A stretch of DNA of 64,000 nucleotides, from assembly GCA_030704615.1 (NCBI GenBank), contig CM060732.1, positions 42,098,001 through 42,162,000 on the forward strand, written 5' to 3'. Both the position numbers and the translations under genes were made by a program. This stretch comes from Takakia lepidozioides. Taxonomy: Eukaryota > Plantae > Bryophyta. Every line of letters starts with the position of its first letter. Within the stretch, counting starts at the first letter, position 1. The notes under the pieces are model-generated. The model saw only the letters and a program-made list of their open reading frames with translations. It had not been told where the DNA came from and ran no database searches. Shown here piece after piece: positions 46,568 through 60,219 of the stretch.

Positions 46568-49500
46568 TCACCTATACCCGCCATGTATGGCAGTCAAGTG
46601 GGCATAACAACCAGCTGACTCTTGAAAGGACTCCAAGCAAACCCAGCAGACATGTTTCCCGCATTTGCAAGTCATGTGATTACAGCCGTCAATCTTTTCA
46701 ATGATGCTATTGCAAGAAGGGCAATTCTTTACATCTTTCCCGGTCCGCCAAGCATGCAGTGATGCGTCAGGGTCCAGCTTGTATGTTTGGTACTCTGAAC
46801 ATGAGAGCCCCGCATGAAACTCGACATGGCACGAGGTACAAAGTTGAACACCGCAAGCAGGGCATGCATACAGGGATCCAAACTCGGAAATTCGATAGAT
46901 CAATGGGCAATCGGGAGTGGTGCAGAACCTGTAGACACCCTGGCTGGCTGCCACATAGGCTGACAGTGATGCAGTCTGGAGCTCCTCCCCCTGCCTGGGG
47001 TTAACAAGCAGCGCAATATCTGCCAATAGGAAGAGCTGGGAGCAACCTTCATGTGCGCAAGAAAGAGGGAAGCCCTCACGATGGCGAATCACAGAATTTA
47101 CTTGGTCCACAAGGCATGATTTGCAGAACGAATGACCGCAGCCCTCCAACTGATACCTATCATCAACTGAACAAAAGCAGATCCCACAAGCCTCTTCATC
47201 CACGTCCTCAAACCTGAACTCCTTAAATCTATGTTCCGGACCACTAAGAGAGTACGCAACGTCAGCAATGGCTCTCTGAACTTTAGCCACAGTGTCTTTG
47301 TCGCCATGCACCGAGAGGATGTGATTCCGGTGGTCAATGCTCAGGGGAATTCCCCCGGCCACTTTCCTGAGGCCTGTTAAATCTGCCCCATATTGCCTCA
47401 CTACCTCACGCATCAATCCTTGGGGCATCCCCTCCCCAAAAAGGGCAATTTGCCGACTCTTATCCTTCCTCTCTAACTCTACCAGCCTGGAAACCACCAG
47501 GGTCAATGCACTCTCTCTGTTCTCTTTGGGCCCAAACACTTTGGCCGTGTGGCTGCGCCAGTCGCAAAGAATATGGGTTCGGGTCTGCGTCTCCACTTGT
47601 TTTGTGATGCAGCGGCCCTCTCTGGTAAATAGCAGCTGCATTGCCGCTGGGTTAAGGTGGGGGTCTGTCACAAGTGTTCCTTCCATCAGCTTATCCAAGG
47701 CTGACTTACACCGCGCAACAGCCGCAAGACTGCTGGCCTGAATAAAAATGCGCTTCCCTCCAACCCTTTCATTACCCACAAGCCAAAGCTTTGCACCCTC
47801 ATTCTGCTGAGAAAGAGCTTCTATTAGATCTCGGATCTCTGCATTTAGCACAGCGAAGATTTGGGCATGGCAGAACACAATGCTGGAAAACGTTTGGAGA
47901 ACGCTTATGGTCTGCCAGGGTTGGAATCCAGGAATTACCAGCCCTGTTAAGCTGGCCAATACTTCAGTTGCTTTTTCATGAACACTTTCATCAAATCGAA
48001 GGTGTGCCCTAACCTCAAAATCTTTGGGGCCCGGATCGTGCACAATCACCTGGCATTTGTCAAGTGGGACACTAGGGGCAATCTCTCTGGCAAGAATCAT
48101 CTTATATTCACTCCCTGGAAGCTCAAGTAAAGGTGGTGGCCCCCGGGGCATCACAACATCCAACAACGGACGATCAGTAAATTCCTCCAGGGCTTGACGG
48201 AGGGCACTCTCATCCACTTCCCTACTGAGATTCCCCACAAACACACTGCCCCTATTTGATTGGTGAGGCTCGCAGTTAATCGCATTGCCAAAGATAAGTC
48301 TCCCATCACAACACTGTACAATATGAGGAACGTCTTCCTCAGCACAGTGAATGAATGCAATGCCTCTCCGGCGACGCCGCGGCCACACGAGTGTTGCCTT
48401 TACAGCTGGAAAATGGGGCCGGCCAGAAGGTGAGCACAGGCTTGTCAGTGGACGTAACTGCAACATGCATACACCAACTTCTGCTCCATTCAACTGCTCC
48501 AGAGCAAAGATGGCTGATTTTGAGGAGCTGTAACTGATCACTCCCCACCTTTTCCCTTCGTCTCCTGAATCCCTCCCGGCAATCCTTGCAAACTTGCGGA
48601 AGCCAGCAATGCCTTCTCCACACTGGTCAAAAGTGCTGAGAAGCTCCTTGTCATCAAGTTGAGTACGATCAGAGGTCAGCACTTCTAGGCTGCAAAATTC
48701 CCCTGGCATCAACACTTCTCGAATAGTCGCACCTGCACCAAACACCAGAACCGGGGAGCTAAAATTGCTGACTGCGTTGTCAACCAAATGTTTTTCCAGG
48801 CATTCGTTGACCATCCACCTTTTCTCCCTCACAAGGGCCTTAGTCACCACCTTGCATGCTCGTTCCTGCTGCTCAGGGGTAACAAACACTGAAAGCTCGT
48901 TTCGCTCGTAACAAGGCTCAATCAGACACCTGCGATCACGACCTTCTTCCTGGATTTCTTTCACCAGATTCATGACATGTCTTCCATGCAAACGCTTCAA
49001 GAGAGCTGCACCCTGATTAGAAAACACCAGCTTCTCCATAATGCCGTTTTTTAAGGCAAAGACATCATAGGAAGGCTTCGGCTCTAACTCTAAGATCCAC
49101 TCAGGTTCTATTACAGTCACAGAAATCAAGAAGTCTCTGGTGGTCCTGAGAAGGTCTCCAAATATAATCCACTTGGGCATGCCCCCATAGACCAAAACTG
49201 CAGTTGAAGGATGAAGATAGGCCTGCTGCTTCAAAGAGACAACATCGTACCCCAGTCTATCATGGCCTGAAAAGACTGCCAAATTTTCCACCATTGCTGA
49301 TAGTATGATCTTTCTGAGGTTCACACTGAATCCCTCCATAGCTTCCGGCAACCAAACCCAGTCAGGTGACACGCCAATTTTGAGCTCAAACTTCAGACAG
49401 GTCTCCATTTCCTTCATAGAATCTCTGCAACGGCGAATGGCTTTGGCATTGATGCTGTTGGTTATACACCACTTGTTGCGCTCCTTAACAGCAACGGCTT

Positions 49501-52500
49501 CCCATTCTCTGTAGACTGACAAGAGAGTGAAGAGGTCCCCATGGGGGTGACAAAACCGCATTTTCAGGCGATCGGCACGGGCTTTCTCTTCCTCAGTACC
49601 TGCTCGGAAAAAGACAGTACCATGGTTCGACATGAGTGCTGCAATCACTAGGCCTTCCCGGCCACACCCCTGGTGAATACTGTCTAACAAAATTCTTCCA
49701 AGCTTTGGTTCCACTGCCAATTTCACCAGCTGCAACCCAAGCGCTGTCAAAAACCACTCACCAGAGCCCTCTCTAGCCTCCTGTATGGCCCCTAATTGGT
49801 TCAACTTGCACACTGCCAGCCAGATTGCTGCCGGTTCTGGTGCCTGAACAAAGTCAAAACTGTTGAGATCTCGAATGCCAAGGGCCAAAAGCTTCAAGAT
49901 TGCAAGCCCCAAGTGCACGCGCTGAATTTCCGGCTTTCGGTGTGGAGCCATCGCCTGAAAGTCAGCCTCACTGTAAAGCCGATAGCAGATTCCTGCCTGT
50001 GTGCGCCCAGCACGGCCAGCCCGCTGGATTGCTGCACTTCTATCAATTTCACATACTTTGAGGACATTCATACCAGTGTGTGAATCAAAGGTGCTTTCCT
50101 TGACCATGCCAGAATCCACCGCAAAGCGCACACCTGGGATGGTTAGTGAAGTTTCAGCAATGTTGGTGGCAAACACAATCTTGCGCTGTCCTGCAGCGGC
50201 CACCTGAAAGACTCGCTGCTGGTCCTCATGCTGTAGCTTCCCGTGCAAAGGGAGGACAAGGGCCGTGGCCCCAAAGCATGCCTGGCTGCATGCCCACTCG
50301 ACCTCCGCCTGTCCATCAACCAATCCAAAACATAACTCGGTGATTCCAGTGTTCAAAACATATCTTAGCTTCTAATGCAAGGGATCTGGTCCAACAAAAT
50401 AACCTGGAAAGAGACCCAAGAATGTTTTTTAGAGGTTACGACGGCTGCCTAGTTACACAAAATGTGTAGACAACATAGGAAATCCTCCATCTTACAGACC
50501 AGAAATAGGCAGCAATCCAGTAGAACAATAAAAGAGACATTGAAAAAAATTAATCGGCCTTGGCAACCCTCTCTCTTAAACCTGAAATCCATGCTATGGT
50601 TGGATGCCATCTTTTAGGAAATTTGGCAGTCACCATAACGTGATCATTAATATGCACTGTGGCAAGAGCAGTAAGTGCAACCCCTCTTACAGTCCCTTGC
50701 CACATTATTCACCCAAACTGGGGTAGTGCAAGAGTCTAATGACCACCTCTGTCTCAGACAGACTGACATGATCAGATTGTCAAGTCAATGTGCATGCCAC
50801 CTGTGAAGTGAGAAATGCAAGAATTCCGCCTTCTTCAGAAAGTGCATGAATGGCTGCCACTTTCTTGAGCACATGACCCACATATTGCGCATGATTAAGA
50901 TCCCTGGAATCTCCCATCTTTTCGGTATCATCCGGATCATACTTCACATCAACGGGAAAATTACGGCCTGGCACGTGCAAGATTGGGCAACCCCCAAAGT
51001 AACCAGATAACAACTCGGCGTCGGCAGTTGCTGACATTATGACAAGTTTCAAATCCATCCGCTTGGACAAACAAGTCTTCAGCATTCCTGTGAGAGACCA
51101 GAAAGGAGAAGGAATAGATAATTGATTCAAGGAAGGTCATGAAAGAGTCAAAACACTGCCTTTTACGAGGCACACAAGAAAGTAGAATTAAGGTCACAAG
51201 GAATTGCAAAACACAAAATACAAAGCCTTTAAATGTTTAGCAAGACAAAGGTGACATATGTATTGGAGCCTCATAACAGGCAACAGTAGTTCTTTAGACT
51301 GGAACTCAAAGTGCACAAACCAATTCTCCTTCACCTTATGTTTAAGCTTGATGGTCTAGCTGGCCTGTCTCGCCCACTTACCACCCAACCCATCATACAG
51401 TTGATTCCAAGTTTTCATACAGTTTCCATGTTGCAAGACTTGCAGACTTGTTTGTGACAAACAGAATGACAGCAGCAGGGAGGTGAGGAGAGTTAGATGT
51501 CACTACCCAGGAGAAGGTCTGTATTCAGGCTTCGCTCATGTGCTTCATCCACCACCACCAAACTGAAATCCGTGAGATGGGGGTCCTTGAGGCACAGTTG
51601 CAGCAACAAATGGTCGGTGGTGTACGTTATCTCAGCCAAGTGGGTTTTGCGGGTGCTAGCCATGGTGATGCAGCCTACAGGAAATGGATGCCGACTGCAT
51701 CCCCTAGATTCCTCTGTCACACGCTGAGTCAGTGCCATCGCCGCCACCTTGCGGGGCTGCGTGCACGCAATAGATTGACCCTCTCGTCCGAACCCTGCGT
51801 CTGCCAAGTACTGAACTATCTGGGTACTTTTTCCTGACCCAGTCTCTCCTATGAGCACCACTGCCTGATATACAGAGACCATCAGCATTTTATTTGAGAA
51901 GGCCCTCCACTATTGTTAACATAGTTCAAAGAGTCCACATGGTAAATGCCCCTTAATTCCTTCATTCACAACAGGCTCAATGCATAGACAATAGCAGGAG
52001 AAGGAGAACAAAGATGAAAAGAAGTAGGGCAGGTGCTGGTCTTTGGAAGAAACAAAATAAGTGTGTAAACCATTGTCTATTCTCTGGAACACGACAGGCG
52101 AAATGGCTGGGGGTGACAATTGGATTCTCTGTCAGCTTCAAAAGCCCCACCGGTACCTTCCTGTTGTGGAGCTAAAACGAGTCAGAATATTGGAGTGGTC
52201 TCTTTCAAAGGATTCATCATGCAAAGAGGATTCACAATGATATGCTCTGAGTATTCATATGTCGATCGTCATGAACTGCTCAAGGAGAACAGAAAGACAT
52301 CCCCTGTCTGAAATACTCAACGAAGCTGGCTCACAACATAACTGACCCCAGTCAAACTCCCTGCCACTCTGTGAAAATGGAGAGGCTGGGATCTGCTCAA
52401 CCATCCAGAAGAACCTCGTCGCAGCAAGTCCAAGGAATATTCCCCACCCCCAGTCTGGTCCAAACTAGAGGGAAGCCTGACAAAGAGAGATGACGTGGAC

Positions 52501-53376
52501 TCAACCACAATTAGGGACAGAAAGATGCAAAAATACAGGAACAGATCAAGAGCCAACCTTATGGGCAAATATCTTAGCAAGAATCTCCTGCCTGCGGGAA
52601 TAAAGTGGCAATCCAGCTCTCAGGCGCCCACATTCCCTTTCCACAATGCACAGAAGCTGCTGCCAGTCCCAATCCTTGCCCAAACTGAACAGCTTCTTCC
52701 CGATCCCATTGTGTGTGCCTTCAATGGGATTGTCTTGGTAACCTCGGGACATCACAATGGAAGTAAGGAAGTTAATGGCTTCGGTGAACTCCATAAGGCG
52801 ATCATAAGACTGCTCCAGTTGTCTGTTAAGCTCTGCGATGACCAGTTTTCGCTGCTCAAACTCGCCCAATGTTGGACCTCTGTGCCTTGAGCGACCCACC
52901 CGACTTTTCTTCTCGGACTCCTTGACCTGTTGATACAATTCATCTACTTCAAGCTTGCGCTCCGCGACAAGATCACCTTCCAGCAATCCCTTCATGTAAG
53001 CTATGAATGCACGCCCAACCCCCTCATTTATTCTTTCCGTCAACGTATTGGCAGGCAGACAGGCTTCTCCCCGCTGTGCCCTCTCCCTCCGTTCGCATAA
53101 TCCCACGACTTCCTTGCGGGAAGATGAAACGATGCCCAGCACAGGGGTTATCGAATGAAAGCCTTGCAGGCGGCGACCCCACAACGCTTCAAGTGCAGCA
53201 ACGGCTGCGTCCTGATGGCGGAAGAAGACTGATGCAACATGTGAGCCTCTGGTTGTGTAGACTTCCACTCCGACATTGCCTTTAATTGAGTTCAACAATT
53301 CCTCTTTCGTCATGCGCCCAGTGCACTCGTGCCCTCCATAATAATGCAATTCCACACTCACCATGTCTTCGTCCAT
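46568..53376 (-). CDS. DEAH-box RNA helicase with RRM/KH-like region and C-terminal RBR (RING-IBR-RING2) E3 ligase, DEAH11/12-like, 4 exons, ~1734 aa
   Basis: Exons 52558-53376, 51507-51864, 50801-51087 and 46568-50308. Motifs [41 protein letters not shown]; RING1 CGIC..CGHSFC..C; IBR; RING2 [22 protein letters not shown]. Confidence 0.95.
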
Positions 53377-54555
53377 TTCCCTCAAATTTCTTACCGCTTC
53401 CTCGCTTGTAGCTGAGAAATTTCAGACAATTCTCACTGACCCGTCTCAAATCAGCCAGACTCTAAACCCTGAGACCCGATTCTCGCAGCTGTGCCCCTGG
53501 AGGTCTCTTTCTTGTCCCCTTATAAGTCCACCTTCCCATATAGCCTCAGCACCACTCCAAGAGCTGTCGCGTCACAATGTTGCAATACAACTCTTGTCAA
53601 TCTCCCCTTCTTAATCGAACCCTCACCGCTCCTCAACTCTCCTTCTTTCCTCCAAAGGATTGGTGCTGAGAGAATTATCTTACACAAAAAGCATGCTCGC
53701 CGTCACCGTCCTCCACCGTCCAATGTGCATACGCATTTCTAGCTGTGAATAAACCTGTCTCCGATTCTATCCAAGGCTCTTGTGCCCTGTGATACACTGC
53801 ACACTGCAAAACCTTCAAAACTAATACACATTTCACCGTAGAATTGCCCAGTGGAAAGAGCGCAGTTCAGACTAAAACAAAGCCAGACAACCAATGTCCA
53901 ACCGATATGTCCTCTCCATCACCAAAGCTCTACAATCGCACACCATGACAACCCCTTCCACTCCCTCTACACTAGCTGTCCCAACGCAACCAAGAAAACA
54001 CGCCACATAAACCACCAACAATTCTTGTACAAAACCTTTGCCCCTCTCTGCAAAATCACTTCACTCCCTACACCTCTTCATCATTGGCAACTGTAAGTTC
54101 GTGGTAGGCCACTCATTTATCGTTTGGTTTGGCAGTGTTATCCTTCTGCTCTACACAAGCTCAGTACCTACATACCTCTCCAAACTCTGCTCGGGATTCA
54201 GAGATTTGGTCGGCAATGCAGGGAATCGGAATCTCGGCTGCATCACCGCAATGTGGTGGCTGCTCCTCTGCCTCTCTTCTCAATCAGGATCTCCACAGTA
54301 ATGTTATATCCTGTCGGGCCTCTCCGTTTACTATCACTTACCTTGGCACGCACAGCGTGGTGGCCATGTCATCCCTAACGCCCGGCTGTTGGCGGCCAAT
54401 TTTGGGCCACCACAAAACCGAAGAATAAAAAGGGCGCGAAATTATTATTTTGTTTGTTAGCGGAAACACCCCAGAGCAAAGCAGGCCACTATCGATATTC
54501 TACTTATCCATGGATTACCTCTTTCGGCAACCATACCAACAGGTCCACTCCACAC

Positions 54556-55471
54556 CAATGTTGTGCGGATAAATGGATTTTTGCTTATGCTTCGGGTAAG
54601 GGTAAATAGAAATCGGAGGATTACTTATCCTCCGGGTAAGGGTAAATTATCTATATGTCCATTTGTTTATCCTACAGATAACGGGTAAATACCAATATTT
54701 TTGATCGGGTAAGGATAAATAGTACCTGGTTTGAAGGATATTTGATTTACTCTTTCTATATCTGCCGGGTAAGTAAAAGATATATTGAAGGATATAGAGT
54801 TTTTTTTGTTTGTTATGCTCAACTCAAAAATATAACTAATTAATTAAGGTAATTAATTCTTGGTATATTTTTGGTTTAGTATGAAGCTGATTATATCATC
54901 TGTTGTGAATAATATGAGGGATGAGCATGAGCATGTTTCTTCGTTTCTTCACACCAAAGATAATAATCAAACAAAACCAAATAAGACCATGTACAAGTGC
55001 CTCGTCCACAAAACTAGTGCCTCCGAGATCCAGGTTGAGTTGATAGCATTGGAAACTGCCCACCCACTCTAAAGCAAAGTGACTCTTGACACAAACCCAA
55101 AGCTATTCATAGAGATGAAGACATAATATGGTACGCGACATTGGTACGCCCTTGGAGATGGTGATAGAGGGAGGACACTTGCACAAGGGACCCTTGAGTG
55201 AAGGCTCTGATACTTACGGACTTACGGACGAAGAAGAGTTTTGTTTTTTAATCCTCTTGCTATTTATCCTCCAAAAATTTAAACTTTCTCGCGGATAAAG
55301 GGTATATGGAAATTATTTACCCTTCAAATGGGTAAGGATAAGGGTATCTCAGATTATTTACCCGTCTGAAGGGTAAGTATAAGAAATGGGCCAACCCGGG
55401 TAAATCATTTACCCTTATCTTGTTTTATTCGTCAAGTAAATCCGGGTAAATGATTTACCCGCACAACACTA
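54556..55471. mobile_element. Non-autonomous hAT-type element (916 bp)
   Basis: TIRs caatgttgtgcggataaat and atttacccgcacaacacta. The 8-bp TSD ctccacac/gtccacac matches 7/8. Many subterminal (c)gggtaa motifs. Confidence 0.8.
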
Positions 55472-55969
55472 GTCCACACCCCTCCCTCACCATGCATATA
55501 AGAGCATTTACATTTTCTCATGATAGAGACCCTAATCAATCAATTATGTACAAATGTGAAAAATATGAATTGCTCATTTTAGCCCTTGGTGGCCATGGAT
55601 GGAACACCGCCCCTTTGACTATCATCACCACTGGTGTCCAGAGGGGGAGCACATTCGATTGGAAATATATATTATGCAAAAAAATTAGGAACAATGTAAC
55701 AATATCATTTAGGCATATGATTTGATGGTATGTTCGCCAGATTTAGGCGACGTGGGCTCTTTTGGCAAGTCGCAAGTCCCTTGTCAACCCACATTATGTT
55801 AACGTGGATCCACTATTACTGAATTTAGAATGCGAGAGATTGTTAGACAGTGATGAATAACTTATAGTCTTATTGGTAAAGTGATGGTAATGGAGGCAAT
55901 GAGGTGGAAGGTTTGATTTTTGATGAGTGGTGATGTCACCCTTGGCTTCTATGGTTCGTGTCACTCCAC

Positions 55970-56370
55970 TGTATTATGTAACTCCTCTTAGTCCATTTCA
56001 AACTTAGCCAAATTTGGACTTAGTGGAATCTCAAGATTAAGTGTGGGTTACACCGAGTGGAGTAACTCCTCTTAGTCCATTTCAAACTTAGCCAAATTTG
56101 GACTTAGTCGAATCTCAAGACTAAGTGTGGGTTACACCGAGTGGAGTTACACTTCCTGCCGTGTAGCCCCAAGTCGGGTTACACTTCGTTCCACGATAAC
56201 CCTTACTGGAGTTTACACTCCTTCTATGTCATTGTCACCCCGTTTGAAGTTACACTCCCTTCAGCTCCATGTTATTCTCAAGACTTGGTGAGGAAAATTC
56301 AATATGTTGGAGAATCTCAGCCTACCGTCTTATCAGAGATCACATGTTGGCATTAATTCCATACATTATT
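55970..56370 (+). repeat. Dispersed repeat with internal ~83-bp tandem unit; second copy at ~57750-58655
   Basis: gtaactcctcttagtccatttcaaacttagccaaatttggacttag occurs twice. Homologous sequence flanks the MITE at 57853-58418. Confidence 0.7.
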
Positions 56371-57670
56371 CCTAGGATCCTCCATTTTATGCGTTGTTTT
56401 ACTTTTCTGCAATAATAATGTATTAACGATGTTGATACTCATTTCATTTTCAATAACAAAATTGTTTAATTTTATAGATGTGTGGTTATAATATATTGAT
56501 AGTCAATCATTTATTATTTTAATAGGTAACCCCTAAGAATTTTATTTAAGAATTATGGAAGAGAAAAAATTAAACCCTTACATGCCCGAAGGCCGCCATA
56601 AGGCAAATACGCAAATATTGCATTTTTAACTGTCCAAAATATAGACAATACACAAAAATTCAATTTGAAGAGTTTTAACATTTCATTAGCTATTATCATT
56701 ATTATATTTATATGTATTATCATAAAGAATTAATAAATTGAAACGTACTTACCACGAATTCAAAGTAATATTTGGAAGTGATATAACATTTACATTGAAT
56801 ATGTGGACAACCAAAGATATATATATATATTAGAGCAGATTTGACATGATTTTCATAATTCAGGTTTTTCTTTTTCGAAATTCGGGCAACTTCAAGACTA
56901 TACGCTGACCTCCAGAACATGGCAGAGATCGGATGACATCATTTTTATTTTATTTTTAAATATCTAAATATTGGGTAGTCCGAGCAGCTTTAAACAAATT
57001 ACAGCGATGATATGGCAATGATGATGTGGCATGACAAGGACGTGGCAGAATGGCACCTTATTCCTGCTTTGCACTAAAACTAGTCTCCAACCTTCGGTCG
57101 TCACCAGAATGTTTTACGAAATATCATTAGTCAAGATGGCCAAAGGTGCGGTCGACATGGCTAAGGTTTATTTAATATTGGCTCCTCCCTAAGGAGAGAG
57201 GGACCATGCATCAATTGTTTTCTCCTGATGCACCTTCCCCAGTGTATACCTATCTATCAAGATCATATCCTCCCCAATAAATAGCCATTTTCAGTATTGC
57301 TACCCATTCATTCCTAACTTGGTGAGTGCTGTAATTTCACTATATTCAGTTCCAGTCAGATTTATCCCTTCAGCTCTCTTATATTCAATTTCTCTCAGTT
57401 TTATCAATGACTTCCATTGTATAGAGTTCTTTCAGATTTCCATGTAGTGCCAAGTGGGCCCTGCATGTAATTGCGACTTTTGCATGCCATCCCAATTTTC
57501 AAACAACTTCGGAATAATGTAAGAACTTAATGGATGTGTGCGATCTGACGGTACTTTCACCAGATTCCGGCAGCCTAGGCTCCTCTGGCGGGGCTCCTGT
57601 CAAATCCTCCCCACCCCCTCTTACTTCGGTTTCACTATTAAATACTTAAGAATCCAGGCAGGTTTCATGT

Positions 57671-57745
57671 TGTGGTGGGTAGCATAATGGTAAGGTGATA
57701 GCATTGCAGGGGACAAGTCTTCAGGTTCAGTTCCTGATGGGTGGT
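57671..57745 (+). other. tRNA-like element (A box and B box), possible SINE head
   Basis: tagcataatgg (A-box-like) and ggttcagttcc (B-box-like) at tRNA spacing, directly upstream of the repeat copy. Confidence 0.35.
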
Positions 57746-57852
57746 TCTTGCAGTGTAACCTAGGTATTAGCCAATCTGAGTAACCCTCTTTATCCCTGGT
57801 TTCTCATGTAACTCTAGTTAGTCCATTTTATACTTAGCCACATTTGGACTTA

Positions 57853-58418
57853 AGGTAGATGAACCTATTCTGGCTCATTTAAGAAACACAGCAGAATTGA
57901 GAGATACACCTTGGGTACTGATATTTTTCTAACGTGGCAAATGTAAATCAGAATTATTGCAAAAAAAAAAATGACAAATGACAAAATCCATAATATTGGA
58001 AAATATCCAAAGTGAAAATACATAAAATACCTATTGTGGGCCAGTAGAGGGTATTATTCTGGACCAAAGGTCAACCCAACAGTGACGGCTTAATGTCCTT
58101 AAAGTGCAGGCTTTTAATCCCTTTACTGACTAATCTATACTTAAAATGTGATCAAGTTATGCAAACTGCTCATGCAATTATGTAAAATAAACCTTTCATT
58201 CCTAAGAAAATGAGCTCCAATAACTATTGAACCTGTCCATCTCCATATGCATGGGGACCCACCACCGTCCCAAAAGTGACCACGACCTGCAGCCCAGCAC
58301 ATGATCTAATCTGGACCACTCTTAATGAAAGCGCCTTTCACAGTTCGCATCTGTTTGGTTTAATGTATTTTTCTAGGGGTCCATTTTAGAAAGTGGTTTG
58401 AATTAGGTTCATCTACCT
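57853..58418. mobile_element. 566-bp MITE with TA TSD (Tc1/mariner-type)
   Basis: TIR aggtagatgaaccta...taggttcatctacct with TA on both sides. The empty site (ggacttagtc) is visible in the paralogous repeat at ~56100. Confidence 0.85.
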
Positions 58419-60219
58419 TAGTCAAATCTCGAGACCGGGTGGGGGTTACACCGACTGGAGCTACACTCCATTCTGTGTAACCCCGAGTGGAGTTACACAC
58501 CTCGTCGTGTGACCCAGAGTAACCCCCACTGGAGTTGACTCTCCTTCAGTTCCATGTCACTCTCAAGAGAGGGTGGGGAAGCTTTGACATGCCAGAAACC
58601 GGCATACCGTCCTGTCAGAGGCTGCACGTGTGCATTAAGTTCTTACATTATTATCTTCCCTTGGAATACATGTGGGGGGTGTCATCATCATTTGTAGAAA
58701 TCAACTTGCTCTCTTAGCTCCACAAAAATTGGTGTTCTGGTTCCGGTTGCTCCCCATGCATTTGCCTTTGTGGTTTTTTTCTGGGTTGTTTTATCTCATT
58801 TACTCTTTATTTTCTATTATTTTGATCATCTAATTTCAACATCAAATGTGATTCAGAATATTAGAAACTGCCACATAGTTGAGCATCTTCCCAGGATGTC
58901 AAGTGACATGCTGCTATCTTTGATTGGATGGCACAAACTTCAAGTTATGTTGACTCCACATCCCTCTAATCAACCTCATAAAATCAACATGAAAACCTTT
59001 AGTGAAGGTGTACCCGACATGGGGACCGTTTTCTGGTATTACTTATAGCAGTGTAATATGTACTGCATTGAAGTTTCTAAGGTGTATGGATTGTATTGAA
59101 CTTTGTAGTTTAGAGAGAAGGGTTGGAATAGTGCTTTGGGTGAAAGGCTAGTGACTTGAAAATCCGGAGCACTCTCGACCTGTCGATCTTGTCTGCATGC
59201 GACTTTCTCCCAAAAAATAATGCACTAATGACGAAAAGAGAATCCCACCCTTAGCACAAGAGTTGAGCACCACACGGCTAATGACATGTCACAAAGTGGT
59301 TCCTGTGATGACCTCAAGGGTGCCACAGCCATAGGAGGAGCAATGAACCCAATATATCTTCTTCTCATTATTCACATATCACTTGATTTGGTGTAATTGT
59401 ATCAACATACACCAAACAACATGGCTTCGCAAATAAGTTTTCGGCCCAAATTTGAGATATTCAACAGTACTTGAAGAAAAAGAATGAGAAGCACACACAA
59501 TCTCGGGACACTAGCAGTATCACCTATTGTTGCACGAAACTATGCACAGTTGTTTACTACAATTTGTACAGTTACATGCTCTCAAATCTGGTCTCAAGCT
59601 GTAGGCAATTGTGTTCTGGAGTCCATGGAGTACTTAGGTGGACTCTTTCCCCCGAACCTTGAACTCCAACAAGCACAAACAGATGTTCTAGTGTGAGGGA
59701 GTCATGCAAATCCATTTTATGCTGCATCAATCAATAACAGAAAACCCAAACACCATCACAATCACTATGTGAACTTTGAAGTGGTCACCATGGGATTCGA
59801 TCTTGGTGGATTAAGGCTAGCTTTTGACAACATTCATGCAACTTAGTCAAGGGCCCTATCTGAAGCAGGACCACAAGACACATATAAACATGTCCAAACT
59901 TAAGATGCTGAACAAACTTGTGCACAAGGCTGCCCCTCTAATCAAGCTCATTGCCGATTGTAATTGGTAATGAATAAGGACATCACTCTGATTTCCTTTC
60001 ACTAGAGTCAGTCACTCTCCCCGTCACTCATTACCTGCCACAGTCAAATGCAATTATGGGCCCACCTATGCTGGGAAGACCCTACTACCATTTCCTGGAG
60101 ATATGCTGCAGGAAATGCTCTCAATAGTACATATATTCTCAGGAGATGGTGGATGAACAGGGGGACTAAACAGATCGAAGACTGAAGCCAAACACTCGCA
60201 TCTGTCCAGAAATTTCAAT

